A stretch of 56,459 nt of DNA, filler included, from Catajapyx aquilonaris (GCA_000934665.2; 3 parts of 3 records of this genome joined end to end with filler, not necessarily neighbours in it); one strand, 5' to 3'; positions 25,858 through 38,969 are shown, numbered from the whole stretch's first letter. Numbers and translations are program-made. The notes: a model not told the origin generated them from the sequence alone.

Positions 25858-26733
25858 ATGCATCCCCATTGTTTGCTGAACTTGGCTGATGGACTGTACT
25901 ATAGGCCGTCCAGGAAAAGACTGCATGGGTTTTCTTGGGTTTTGAAGTAGAGTTGCCACACACGAAAGGGACCCGGAATACCAAACTCCCACGTTGAAAA
26001 AAAAAAAATCTCCACCTGGCTACTCTACTTATCCTCATGGTAAACCACGTGGTAAACATAGGGACTGGGCAGGTGGGGAGGGGGGCTGTAAAGTTGGAAA
26101 ACCCCATCAAATCCTTGCACAGCTTCTTGGTTCCCCTTTACACAACGTATTTCATGGCCTTTCGTGACGCATAGCTATATATCCTTTGTTTATTTCCCTG
26201 GCATATATACAGTACAAGTCAGAATAATAAGGGGGAGGGCGGGGGTGTAAATCGCTGCTCTTTTTTGCCAACAAAATTATCACCGAGGTGGATCTAACAA
26301 CAAAAAAATAATGGCGTATCTTTTTGTTAATAAAATATACTCATATCCATTCACAATGAACAATCACATTGCCATTGCCTCTTGCACATAGGTTAAATTC
26401 CTCACTATAGACAGGCATCTGCCTACCTAGCAAACAAGCGCATACTTAAGTATGAAAAAAAGACCTGCGTCACAGCAATGCCCATCTTATAAATATCCAT
26501 CTCAGGTAGTATCACAGAAGATTTTGCGCATAGAAGAAGCGCTTCGGTGTCTCCCACTCTGTTTGGTCGTGACCAAGGCAAGTCACTGTAGCTATATACA
26601 ATATTACACAGCAGTTAAATACAATAGGTAGGAAGGTCTCTCAGGAGAGTGATCAAGTGGACCTCGAAAGGGAGGCCAAGTGTCAGCAGGTATTCCTTGA
26701 TACAGCTTCCTCACCTCCGGGCAAAGCACGACG

Positions 26734-28647
26734 ATGCGTGGACGTAACAAAAGGTGCCTCAAGAGCCTGGCTATAGGAGGGCTCTTAGCCGGCATTTGCA
26801 CATTCCTACAATACTTCGCCTTTCCCAAGGCCGTCCAAATCTACATTACAAATGTAAGTCATTCACCTTTGACTATGCAGTATATGTCATATTAGTATAT
26901 AGTGAGCCACCATTATCCGCGGGTTCGTTGGCCACTGTTTTATGCACAATTTGAAAATATTAACATTAATTTTAAACAAAAACATTACATTTAAAAAACC
27001 CAACACTTATTTTTACTACAGTACCGGTGTTGATTTAACCGACTTTCATATTTAATGTTAAATAATTTTTATTAAGTCTTAGTACAGGGTGTCCACAAAT
27101 GATGGGGCCAAAGTAAAAAAATTCTAGAAAATGCAACATACAAGGTACAACTCCCATACATATCTCATAGCAAACAGAAAGGTTGAATTTTTTTTGACAT
27201 ATCTCACCACATGAAATGATTAGTGCCATGGCATCTAGGAGTTAAAAATAGTGTCGGCGGAGGAAAAGGCTTGGTACGTGCTGCAGAGGTTAATGCCACA
27301 GCTGCAAGAAGATGCCCCGGATGTCATCTTCCAACAAGATGGAGCGCCTCCGCATTTCCATCTCCATGTCCGCGACTACCTGAATCGGCTACTGCCTCAA
27401 AGGTGGATCGGGGTGTTCCACTGACAGCGATGCAGTGTTCCGGGCTTGGCCACCCCGTGACTCACCGGATTTGACGCCGAGATCTTCGGCCGAACTGAAG
27501 CACCGCATCACTTCTGTCATGGCTTCCATAATGCCAGACATGCTACAATGCACCGATTTCCTGTTTAACACCTGCCGTGTCACACGCGGTGCTCATATCG
27601 AGGGTTTGTATGTATGTAAAAAAACTTTCAACCTTCCTCTTTGCTATGAGATATGTACGGGAGTTGTACCTGGTATGTTGCATTTTCTATAATTTTTTAA
27701 ATTTGGCCCATCATGTATAATTTGTATACCATCATGTATAATTTGTATATAAACCTATCATTAGCAATATATTATGCTTTTTAACTATTATAGGGTTTGG
27801 TATTATCCGCGGGTTTCTCTTATCCACGGAGGGGTTGGAACCGCAATTACCCGCGGATAATGGGTACTCATTTTACATAACCCTACATTTCCGATATTGC
27901 CAACATTGTAGCTAAATAGAATCAATATTATTACTGTTGAGTCCGGATATAACAGCCTTGGTTGTACCATAATTTCGGTTATAACAGACTCGAAAGGCTG
28001 GTCCCGCCATACTTACACTTATCCGTACTGATGACGTCGTTAAAAGACCCTGTAAACACCTTGTCAACGCTCGTTTGTCTGCTACCTATAACCCGTTTTC
28101 CTTGTGACACTACTTCATAATTAAATTTATTGGTCATTACTTAACCCTTGAGACGACCTTGAAGCAGATTCCTCACCACACCCATGAATTCTTTCTTGCC
28201 CATCATTCCGCAAGAAATAATAACCAACAACTGCTATGTCCATAGACATGCACCTCTATAATTGCGGCATGGTCTACAGTATTTTGTGCCAGGCTTTTTC
28301 TTCTGTTCTACTGTAGAGTATAGTTTTAAAAACATGTGATGACCATGCTGATAAGTTTGATCATGACCACTTCCCATTTCCCAATCTTTTCTTACATACT
28401 GTACTTCTCCACTGACATATAGGCTATTACAAATGTACACGTCACGCCGCCAGAATAATTACCGGCATGTTCACTACTGGCTCTCCATCTCTGTGAGGTC
28501 CCCGAGTTCGATCCCCAGATCCAAGGTTGCCCAGATCGGATGATTATTATGTAGCCTGTATTTACTGTTTACTCATGTGAAAATGGGTTCAATGAGTTAC
28601 TCCATGTTCGCTTTGGTTTTATCAGGCTACTTCCATTTCCGCAGAAA

Positions 28648-28722
<75 letters not shown>

Positions 28723-31700
28723 AAGAGTAGACGATTCAATACAAAAGTGGCGTTTTGACTTTTGAGGAAACACTGGCCAACAACTTATAACTTTTTTGTT
28801 TGTTTCCTGGTTTATTCATTTTTCTTACTCTCTGTTGCAATGTTGAAATTATCACAATTTATTGCTTGAGAACTAATTATCTCCAATACTGAAAGTAAAG
28901 GTGTAAGAACGGGGTGATTTCATAGGTTATGAACAAACTTAAGGAGCGTATGGAGTGGTCTGAATAGAGCAATCTTGGAATAGGTTATGGTGTTCTTCAA
29001 AGTAATCCTGAGTAAGTACGAGCCTGTGACTGTAAGCAACTACACTCACGCGAGGTGACACTGATGCGAAGATACTATATGCAATAAGTTAACTAAAACC
29101 AACTAAATGCCTTTTCGCACAGTACGATTACGTCCACATTGTTTTTCCTTATTAATAGGTTCATACTAACTCAGGATTACCTTGGAGAGAACACGGGATA
29201 TTATACACGTGCTCTACTCCGACCCCTTTATACCATCCTTACGTTTGTACATAACCTTTGGAATCACCCTGTATAAGTTAAATAATTTATTATAAGCCTG
29301 TATATTTGGGATCATTGAGTGTTGAATGAAATTTTGTGAGGTATTTTAACGCCAACTCATCTTGCTCATTGCTTTCACAAAGTCCCAACTTTATAATAAA
29401 TGTGGGTAGGCCCTATAAACCTTTTGCAGTAGTGGATTATACTTACAACAAAATAATATGCGGAGCCTAGTTTTATCTTGACATCCAATCTTGTGCCCAA
29501 AGTAACAGTCGTATCGTGCGTAAAGAGTCACTTAATCACTTGCTTAATCACAAAATAATGTAACAAAGGTTATCATTCTGCAATATATACACACATTGAC
29601 TAGCAAGACGAACTCACATTCTAGTCTAGACAATAGCTCATCACAAAACCTTTGCAGGACTGTCACACTACTATGCATGGTAGGAAAATACCCCCAATGT
29701 TTAAATTATTCTAGGCTAGAGCTGAAAATTATTTTTAACTGTATCTTATTGAGAACCATCAGAACATGCAAAATTGTCTGATGCTATCACTGAAATATTT
29801 TGGCTGTTTACCAGTAAAATCGAAGTCTGGATATTTTTATATTAGTATTAGGCTGCATGAATTTTCAGTTGTGGCATTTTACTCTTCGACTACAGTCATA
29901 TTGTGCATCAGAAGCCGTAATCTACATCAATTCTTTGTGTAATGTTTTCAACCTCAGGAAAATTGTTAAACTTTATGTCGTTTACCTGCTGGTGTTGCGG
30001 ATATACCAGTATGGTTATGGAAGTAGGCAGAGTCAGAAAGACTCAAGATCATATAATTCATTTAATACAATCTATTTACATTTTAGATTGTTTATAATAT
30101 ATTACATACAATCCTAGAATGTGCCATTTGCAGATAATTGATCTGGAGTAAAAATGACAGTGTCATTTTTACTCCAGATCAAGATCCTATCGTAACATGG
30201 ACGGAAATAATAAGATACGTATTCTGTTCAAATTTCTATTTTTATTCATAATGAAGTGGATACAAAATTTTAGCTACAACATAATTATAGTGTACTATGG
30301 GGGTCAAATTGTTTTGGCCACTTTATCCTGGTCTTGAAGCAACCCTTAGGCACCATGTTGAGCAGGTGGGTGGGTGTGTGTGTGTGTGAAAGGTTGCTTC
30401 AAGACCAGGATAAAGTGGCCAAAACCATTTGAGCCCCATAGTACCTGTACAACAGTGTACATAATACAGTCAAAAAATAGACTTCTGTAATATTAAAAGA
30501 AAAGTTGTTCATAGTAACTACTGTATGTTCATCCCATATTAAGCAGATTCTACTGCATTTTGGCAACTAAACTGCGCTTACAGACGAGGATCCTACCCCT
30601 CTTACCAACAACACCAAAATCTGCATGTTTGGCTACTACAGTTGAATCCGGATATATCAGACTTCAAGGGACCGCGGAAATTAGTCTGTTATAGCCAAAT
30701 ACACAGGCCATACATGTAAGTATGCCGGGACAGGCCTTTTGAGTCTGTTATAACCGAAAGTCTGCTATGGCCGAGGCTGTCATATCCGGAGTCAACTGTA
30801 TTAGGTAATCCAGACTTGTCACCCGGTCCAGAACTTTCCCCCATTCCCTTTACGCATTAGGCCTAATTAGTTGTTACTGATCTCTGATCATTATATCCCA
30901 GGCAATTTATTAAGGGGGCGCATTAGTAAAAAATACGGTAACAATCTGTAACAATGCGAGCCCTTGGCGACCACGTAAACAAACTCGCGTATGCATGGAC
31001 AGCATATGGGGATTCGACATGTCTACGCTTCTGCGGCCGTACGGCCGCAAAAATGGAGCAATGGTCACAAAAATTACACTAAAAAGTAGGACATGATCTG
31101 GCGCAGGGCACCTTCGCCTTCATTTTACCATTTTCGGCCTAGAAGTGACCTTTTCATCGAGTTGAAGTGAAAGGAAAATGGCGCTCCCGAGAAGCCCATT
31201 TGAATAACATGGCGGCAGGAACGCGACAAAGTCGGGAACGCTTCTGCGCCCGTATGTCCACAAGTTTAATGCAATCATATCGAGTATGGTACCATAGTAA
31301 TGGCCAAACCTTTGCGCAGGGCACCTTCGTCGTGATTTTTCCGATTAACGGTCCGTTTCGCCACAAAATATAAAATTCCCTCAAAAATGCGCCTACCGTA
31401 TTTTTACTAATGCGCCCCCTTAAACACACCTATGGCGCTCAAAACTAGGGAAAATATTGTCAACAAGAAATGACATGGTCCAAAAAAACATGGTGTTGTG
31501 ATTGATGATGTCAATAGTGCGCGGTCACGATACGTCGGAGGTGCCGATAGATAGGCTGCGTTGCTTATCATCCAGCTCGCCAGCTCAAATTGCATTTCCG
31601 CCACTCGGGAAAGTCAGCACTAGGTTCCTATATGCACGTAGCCCTACTGTTAGTTAAGCAGTAAGTACCACGAGAATGGTGTCAGTCGGCTCAAGGAATA

Positions 31701-34700
31701 AGTTACCAGACCCCTAACCTAGAAATTAGCCTCCAACAGAGGTGCTGCCTAGGGGAGTGAGATTTATTGTATCAGGGGGAAGAACAGAGGTGCTGCTTCC
31801 CTCTGATACAATAAATCTCACTCCCCTAGGCAGCACCTCTGTTGGAGGTTAATTTCTAGGTTAGGGGTCTGGTAACTTACTCCTTGAGCCGACTGTACGC
31901 CGCACCCCGGGGAAGCTAGCATGAATATGCGGCATGAGTTCCGTCAAATCTGCAGTGCTACCAACTTATCATTTATTCGAGCGATTATTTCAGTAATCGC
32001 AGCCTCCAGAGCGGCCATATTTGGCAGCCGTATCCTGGTGACCTTCCATCAGATTTTTCTAAAAATTGGCGAGGGTGCAAAACTCCTGATCCAGCCGGGG
32101 TCACCTCGAACTCTTGTTCAAGAAGACCAGTGATAAAAACAGGTCATTCACGGTCTTCGCAACTTCCAGAGCGGACATTTGGCAAGCGTGACCTGGTGAC
32201 CTCCGACCACGTTTTCCTAAACATTGGCGAGGGTGCAAAACTCCTGACCCAGCCGGGGTCACCTCGAACTCTACAGTCCCATGTTCAAGGAGGCCCCTGA
32301 TAAAAACAGGTCAATCTCGGTCATTCTCGGTCTGGTCGTCTTGAACAAGAGACTGTAGAGTTCGAGGTGACCCTGGCTGGGTCAGTGCACCCTCGCCAAT
32401 TTTTAGGAAAACCTGGTGGAAGGTCCGGCACAACTGACATCATCAATCACTACACCATGTTTTTTTGGACCATGTAATTTCTTGTTGACAATATTTTCTT
32501 TTTTTGAGCGCCATACACACCGGCAAAACATACTCGTATATACTATATGGGAAACGAGGATACACTCTGTGTAATGTTTATTGAGAAGGTCTAATTCATC
32601 ACGTTTTCCATTTTTTATCTCAGAATTTGTACCTACATCCGAAGTCAATTACTTGGGAACCTTGGGAAAATGTACCTTTCCCTCTGACTGTGGAGATGTA
32701 CTTTTTTAATGTCACGAATCCAGAAGAAATCCGGAAGTTGGGCGCAAAGCCCAAGCTCCAGGAAATTGGAAAATATACGTACAAGTAAGTCACGACACTC
32801 ATCCCCAGTAACAATAAGGTTCATTCGCACGGCTACATACCTTCATTCCACATGCATGCTGGCTTTAAAAACTAATTCTTCACGCGTAAATGAAGCTGTT
32901 AAAATACTGTACTATCGAAAATCATGCTGCTACTCGCTACTCGCTATTCGCTATCTTGCTCAATATAGGGTTGGCGATAGATGCCATGATTGCCATCCGT
33001 AGATTCTGTATATTTTTAAAATGTCCCATAATATTGGAAATAGTATTCATGCGTGTAACCAGGAATTAACACTCGGAATCTGTGACAGCCTGGTTTTGAT
33101 AATGACCTACTCATTTAGACAGACCAAATATTATTATCTCTTCCTATATAGCGCTATATTATTCCAGTGTGACTCTATTGATCGTTCTGCATTGCAAACC
33201 CTTGGGAGTGAAGGTGTCTAATTTTAAAAGTGGCTCATTCCCGATTCACTACACAATCGGAAATTAATATCCATAGTGTAGATATTGTTTGGCGCGGGGC
33301 CTTTATGGTCAGGTCGCCGTAACTCTGACACAGTGTAGATATTGTAATAGCATTTTACAATGCATACGTGCACTGTATGCATTTTAAACACATGTACAGT
33401 ATATATTATAAGAAGTGGACTTTTCAATTTTTAAAAACGGACAAATTCAAATGTTAAAAACTCACAAAACTGTGCCATTTTTCAAAATAACGAATCGTAG
33501 CCTACACACCGTATAGGACCCTGTATAGGACGTCCTATACTGTAGAAGTCACGACTCCTGAAATGCGGGGAAAAATCGACGATCGTTAACGATCGTTCAA
33601 TAAACTGGAATAATTAATTCTTCATACTCAAGGGAAGGTCACGGGGTGATAATGACCGATCTTGAGGAAATTTAACATGCTAATACAGGACAATATATGA
33701 TACCCAAAAATGAAATATTTCGTGCGGAGGCCCATATTTGCAAAAGTTATCACGTCTTAAAGTTCCAAAAATAATACATTTTCATTCATAATGGGATTAC
33801 ATTAGCGACCACACATAATTACATTGAAGTGAGTAATCAGTTTCTACACTTTTTCTCATCGGGAAAAAGTCCTACAGAACGGCTCTGTCCGTCCGTCCGT
33901 CTGTGGACAGGTATCAAGGCCTAAACCGTAAGAGATACAGAGCCGTTATGTAGGACTTTTTTCCGATGAGACAAAGTGTAGAAACTGATTACACACTTCA
34001 ATGTGGTCTTATATGTGGTCGCTAATGTAATCCCATTATAATAATTCATACCCCGTTATCAGCCTATCGGCTCTTTAGGGGGGAAGTTTTTTGTTTTGCC
34101 AGGAACTCTTTGCTTTCATTTTACTGCGCTTTTTGGGATAGGATAGGGACGGAAGGAAGCGGCTGTGGCCTATTAATTACGGAAGCAACTCCGGAATTTT
34201 CCTGGAAGGACCGTGGGAAACCACAGAAAACCACGGTCAGAGTTGCCGGCCCCGGGATTCGAACCCAGGACCTCCCGATTAGCAGTCGGACGCCTTATCC
34301 ACTATGCCAACCTGCTTCGGTTATGTAATCCCATTATGAACTCAATGAAAAAGGTTTTTTTTTTTTTCTTGAACTTTAAGACGTCATAACTTTTGCAAAT
34401 ATGGGCCTCCGCATGAAATATTTCATTTTTGGGTGTCTCGTATCATATATTGTCCTGTATTAGCATGTTAAATTTCATCAAGATCCGTCATTATCACCCT
34501 GTGACCTTCCCTTGTCAGTTACATAACTCATGAAATTCCCCTCATGATATTAAAACCTCCTACTATAAATGAGGGAAAATCGACTTAGGCCACTTCACCT
34601 CCAAGGTATCAATTTAAGGTATTTAAGTATAATTGATGCCTAGGTTGTAAACAGTATACAGCCCATAAATACATTAATCTCAGGTTTATGATGGTTCATT

Positions 34701-35151
34701 TTCCTGGTACTACGCAGGCAGTGGAGACAACGTCACAATGCTACGCTGAAGGATGACGGCGGAACGGTCACTTACCTAGAGTCCGATACTTTTTATTTTG
34801 ACCCCAGCCAGTCCGATGGAAGAGAAGACGACTTGGTCACAACACTTAATATGCCTTTAGTTGTAAGTTTCAGTTCTCTGGCAGTTTGTAGCACTAAGAT
34901 CAAGTAAATCTGATAGCCTTGATATTTTCACATTTCAGGCAGCTGCTTCAAGCATATCGAACCTAGCTGAATGGAGGCTGAGCGGATATTTCGTCAATAG
35001 AATATTTCAAACGTACAATCAAAAGTTGTTCGTCACAAGAAGCGTTAGAGAAATTTTGTTCGATGGATACGACAATCCACTGTTGCCATATTCCAAATTC
35101 TTCACTAGCAAAGCAATTTTCAAGGACAACAAATTCTCCCTCTTCGGCATG
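26734..35151 (+). CDS. CD36 / class B scavenger receptor family protein, 5' part. Exons 26734-26853, 32624-32784, 34718-34862, 34939-35151
   Basis: Spliced translation MRGRNKRCLKSLAIGGLLAGICTFLQYFAFP (N-terminal TM)...WENVPFPLTVEMYFFNVTNPEE...KPKLQEIGKYTY...TFYFDPSQSDGREDDLVTTLNMP...FVTRSVREILFDGY, all typical CD36 motifs; GT-AG introns with phases 0, 2, 0. Confidence 0.92.
27085..27714 (+). mobile_element. Internally deleted Tc1/mariner element, nested in another TA-type MITE (about 26900-27872)
   Basis: TA-CAGGGTGT start, about 100-bp imperfect TIRs, transposase relic FQQDGAPPH...YLN...RWIG...WPPRDSPDLTP. Confidence 0.85.
28470..28720 (+). mobile_element. Degenerate SINE-like element ending in a (TTA)n microsatellite
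   Basis: B-box-like GAGTTCGATCCC, body similar to about 24960-25130 (-), (TTA)n at 28650-28720. Confidence 0.45.
28912..29272. mobile_element. Degenerate Tc1/mariner-type MITE
   Basis: Imperfect roughly 110-bp inverted arms; right end ...ATCACCCTG-TA. Confidence 0.55.
30292..30444. repeat. Hairpin with about 53-bp arms; a separate 22-bp-arm palindrome lies at 30138-30182
   Basis: gtactatggggg...tgaagcaacc versus ggttgcttca...ccccatagtac. Confidence 0.8.
30639..30798. mobile_element. pogo/Tc1-type MITE; partial copies at about 10524, 21470-21558 and 27933
   Basis: TA-CAGTTGAATCCGGATAT...ATATCCGGAGTCAACTG-TA. Confidence 0.85.
31430..32516. mobile_element. TIR element (about 88-bp arms) with internal repeats and a nested hairpin MITE at 31683-31895
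   Basis: atggcgctcaaaa...tgatgatgtca inverted at both ends; nested CAGTCGGCTCAAGG...CCTTGAGCCGACTG with about 100-bp arms. Confidence 0.75.
33629..34514. mobile_element. Long foldback MITE interrupted by a SINE
   Basis: CAAGGGAAGGTCAC...GTGACCTTCCCTTG termini; arms pair almost to the centre (about 33900) once the SINE is removed. Confidence 0.85.
34040..34322 (-). mobile_element. tRNA-derived SINE, family 1, tail type A
   Basis: Same head, core and tail as the 4234 copy; 15-bp TSD ATGTAATCCCATTAT. Confidence 0.9.
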
Positions 35152-35285
35152 GTAGGTCTCTGCTATTAACTATGTGGGTATTTAATCTATATCCTCGTAA
35201 GATAAAGCCTTGCTCAGTGTCTGATGCTGTCAAACAAAAGAAACTTACTGTACAATACAATGCAAATTGCAATATGTTTAGTATA

Positions 35286-35807
35286 CAGGGTGTAACAAGA
35301 CCCCATGCATAAATTTTAAAGGTGGGTAGGGGACCCCAAAACAAACATTTTTGACCTATGAAAAAATCATAAATTCACTGCGGTTAGTGTCTGTTAGTAA
35401 CAGTTATGTGGTTGCTGTTACTCTACAGGAGCGTTGTCATGGTAGTGCTGACAATTTAGTACAGTACTAGTAGTAGGCTGTGTGTATAAGTGGCTGGAGG
35501 ACACTTTGAGCAGCTCCTTTGATTGCAGGTTAGGTCCAATAAAGGTGGTGGTGGGTTTCATGTCAGCGTTCATTGATTTGTGGTGGTGACGACCTTTTAC
35601 AGTGCTGTACTTAATTGTCAACACTACCATGACAACGCTACTGTAGAGTAGCAACAACCACATAACTGTTACTACAGGCACTAACCAGTTATCGATTTAA
35701 GTGAATTTCATGATTTTTTTAGAGGGTGGGTTCATTGGTCAAAAATGTTTGTTTTGGGGTCCCCTACCCACCTTTAAAATTTATGCATGGGGTCTTGTTA
35801 CACCCTG
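35286..35807. mobile_element. Tc1/mariner-type MITE with long TIRs
   Basis: TA-CAGGGTGTAACAAGACCCCATG...CATGGGGTCTTGTTACACCCTG-TA; arms extend about 180 bp. Confidence 0.9.
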
Positions 35808-37618
35808 TATAAGTAGGGTACGTAACAGAGGACAAGGGGCCTATGTGCACATGTCGAGGTAATATTAAACATATAAGAACTACCCGTATATTACTAAAGG
35901 GTCAAATTGAGTGTGGCAACGAAAGTTATTTTCCAGTAATAATATATTTTCTGCACTTTCTGACTACTTGTATGCGTATAGTAATACTGTGTAATCTCAG
36001 CATCACATTTCACTAGAAACTCTCCAAGATAATGAATTTTTCAACATTTTTCTCTCCGTAATTATACGGAGAGAGAAATGTTGCAGCATCATCGGATATA
36101 TGAACATTTGGCATCATTTATGTGCCACTCATAATTATTTAGAAAATACAAATAATATGAACTGGTAATTGATTTGAATCGGAAAATTTTGATTATCTTA
36201 TGCAATACTATCTTATATGCTGCATAAAATTATGAAGATGGGGACGCAAGGGGGTAATCACTTCGGTACTCCGGTGTACACTTGCGAGTGGTACTCCCTG
36301 GTACTCCTTAGGTACCTCACTCTTTATTACTCCTAGGTACTCCTTGAATTTGGTACTCCAGTGTACACTTTTCAGTCGAGTGGTTACCCCCTTGTGGGGA
36401 CGCGTTCTAGACGTGTTCCGGACCCGTTCCGAGACGCGTCTGGATTGGGGGTCCGACCCCGAGGATGGGGTGGTAGACGGGGAGGGAAATGGGAAACCGA
36501 CAAACTTTGCCTTTGACATATTTAAGAAGATTAATTAATTATAATTATAATTTTTATATGAATAATTAAAATTTGTACGAAACCATGCATGATGGAAGTT
36601 GTTGTTGTGGGTTGGTTGGTAGGAAGGGTTACCCAGCTTGTATGGCTCTGTCTGAGTCGAGCCTTGGCAGCCGGGGGTAGGAGAGGAAGGTGTGGGATTG
36701 CAAGGTAGGGTGGGGGAGAAGGGTGGGGGAGAGGAGGGCTGGCCCCGGCTGTACTGCAATGCCGGGTCCAACCCAGGGACGGGGGTGGGATATTCTCCCA
36801 AGCACCCCGTCCGACCAAGAAATGCGAGTCAGGTCCGAGGACCGCTCGAGGAAGAGAGTACCGTCGCTGGCGAACCAGCCGGGACCTCATACAACCTCAT
36901 ATATAGTACGGCTTGTTAGTTGGGAAAAAAAGAAGTTACGGTCCCTAGAAAGCATGAAACTTGGCATGCACGTAGCTTTCATGTGTACGCTTCAATTTGG
37001 ATGTGGGAACACGTCGAGAAATCATTGTTTCCCGCCAATTTTTTCGAAATTCAAAATGGCGGCTATAACAAGCGTAACTTTGCTGCAGACATAATCAGTT
37101 GACACTGCGAGGTAATATAGGTGTCCACATATATGTTTTAGAGTACTAGGAATCCATTTCAATTATCAGATTTGGCATACAATTACAAAATTGATGCCGA
37201 AAACCAAGATGGCGGCCGAAAATTCAAGAATTTGCTGATAAAGTACAATAAAATTTGTTTAGCAGCGAATTTGGGAACTTTTGGTGATCATGTGTAATTT
37301 ATTATTATTACTAGCAGTGGAACCCGTTCTTCTCACGGCCTGTTTCTATGGTAATCACCAACAAATGTCTCTTGCCATTGGCAAACGAAAAAATATATTT
37401 TTGCCTTACATACGTATAGATTATCAAAATATGTTATTTATTTATTAATTTATAGCAGCAAGCCGGTGTGTAGTGTCCGGTACATAGGTTGAACATCATG
37501 TCAGTCAACGTACACAGAAGTGATCGAAAGCGGAGGGATGATTGGACAGTGGTATGCAATAATGGGTCAACCCACAAAAATGTCAAATTAATTGAGTTAT
37601 GCCCAGGAACATACACCC

Positions 37619-37718
37619 NNNNNNNNNNNNNNNNNNNNNNNNNNNNNNNNNNNNNNNNNNNNTTAATTAATTAANNNNNNNNNNNNNNNNNNNNNNNNNN
37701 NNNNNNNNNNNNNNNNNN
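37619..37718. other. Artificial contig-joining spacer
   Basis: N44 + TTAATTAATTAA + N44, identical to 18777-18876. Confidence 0.97.
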
Positions 37719-37851
37719 CCCCCCCTTAATGCAGTAAGGTTGACTGAACTTTGTAAATATACCGGTAATAATCATTTAGAGAAACATCTAGAGAAACCAC
37801 TTATGTTGTTGTTTCAGATGGCAACGGGGCGGCAAAATCCCGCCGGGATCC

Positions 37852-38950
37852 ATGGACACTGATGATGGGAATAGAGTTCTCGTAAGGATTCCTCCTCAAA
37901 TGTCGTTATTACAATTAGCGGCACTCCTGGATCAATTTGGGGAGATGAAGGGAATCGAGATTTACAATGGATATGGGTTAGTGACATTCGAACAAGCGCA
38001 CGTAGCGCAGGAGCTGATCCAACAGGTGAGCTTCATTCTTTAGCCCATAGAGTCATAGACTATTGTTTGGAATTACAGTTAGCTATTACAGTGGTATCAT
38101 ACCATCATTTTCGCCCGATGCACATTCGCCAAGCGACACTTTGTCCACCGTACATATTCGCCCGATTCGATATAATTGAAGAGCGATTTCCCAAAACAAG
38201 TTCAGTCCCCGCTGACAACGTTACTGTCAACGTGTATCATCTCCCTCGCTGACAACGTCACTGTCCATTTCTGATTTACAAGCCGTTTAAGGTATGTTAG
38301 TATTTATCTTTCTTTAAGCATTTTTATTGGATTCATACCACACATGAGTCGTTTTTATTTTCCCCTGATGAGTCCCCGAGGGGGGACGAAACCGGTCGGG
38401 GCCCGGTTTTTGTAATAATTTTAAGTTTAAGAGTGTGGTCAACCGTGTGATTTCAATCATTCAGCATTTATTTACATCGTAAGCATATTTATTCAGAATG
38501 GACCAAAGGTTTTTTGATGTTGTTTTGGCCCCCGTTGGAGTTTGCCCTTTAATTTAATGAGTGTAGTCAGCCGTGTGGGGAGTGTGCTTTTCAAACTGCT
38601 TATATGATTTTGCCTTCCACCCTTCCCCGTCTCCTTTGTCTCCCGGCCTGTCAGGTGTCCGGTTTGGATAAATAAACCTAACGCAGATTGAGTTCGAGAG
38701 GGTACAGTACATCGGTTAGGCCGCACTCCCGGCTCGTGGCCAATGATTTCGAAATTTCTCCGCTTCACAGCCGCAGGAACATGTCTATTTCAAACTGGGG
38801 GGGAAACCAGCCAAGGTGCTGCCGGACATGCTGCGCCTAGACGGGCAAAGTAACAGTGGTGAAGATACCCGTCCATCATCGAAGCGTAATGCTCCTAAGT
38901 TCCGATTCCAACCAATGTCATGTGATGAACAATCCGAAATAGTCCAATAA
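37852..38950 (+). CDS. Small single-RRM protein, about 115 aa. Exons 37852-38025 and 38777-38950; may be a 3' fragment of a longer gene
   Basis: LLDQFGEM...NGYGLVTFEQAHVAQELIQQ (RNP1-like) splices in phase 0 (cag|gtgagc, ccgcag|) to EHVYFKLGGKPAKVLP, which completes the RRM. Confidence 0.6.
38362..38401 (+). ncRNA. Minimal type I hammerhead ribozyme, Penelope-like-element type
   Basis: ccc CUGAUGA gucccc-gagg-ggggac GAAA ccgg UC ggg: full catalytic core, 6-bp stem II, palindromic CCGG helix III, GUC cleavage triplet, short stem I. Confidence 0.85.
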
Positions 38951-38969
38951 TAAGCATTTGGTGAGTTGA

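Noticed and set aside
16198..35151. Synteny of dachs with the CD36 gene
   Set aside because: Separated by an artificial contig junction
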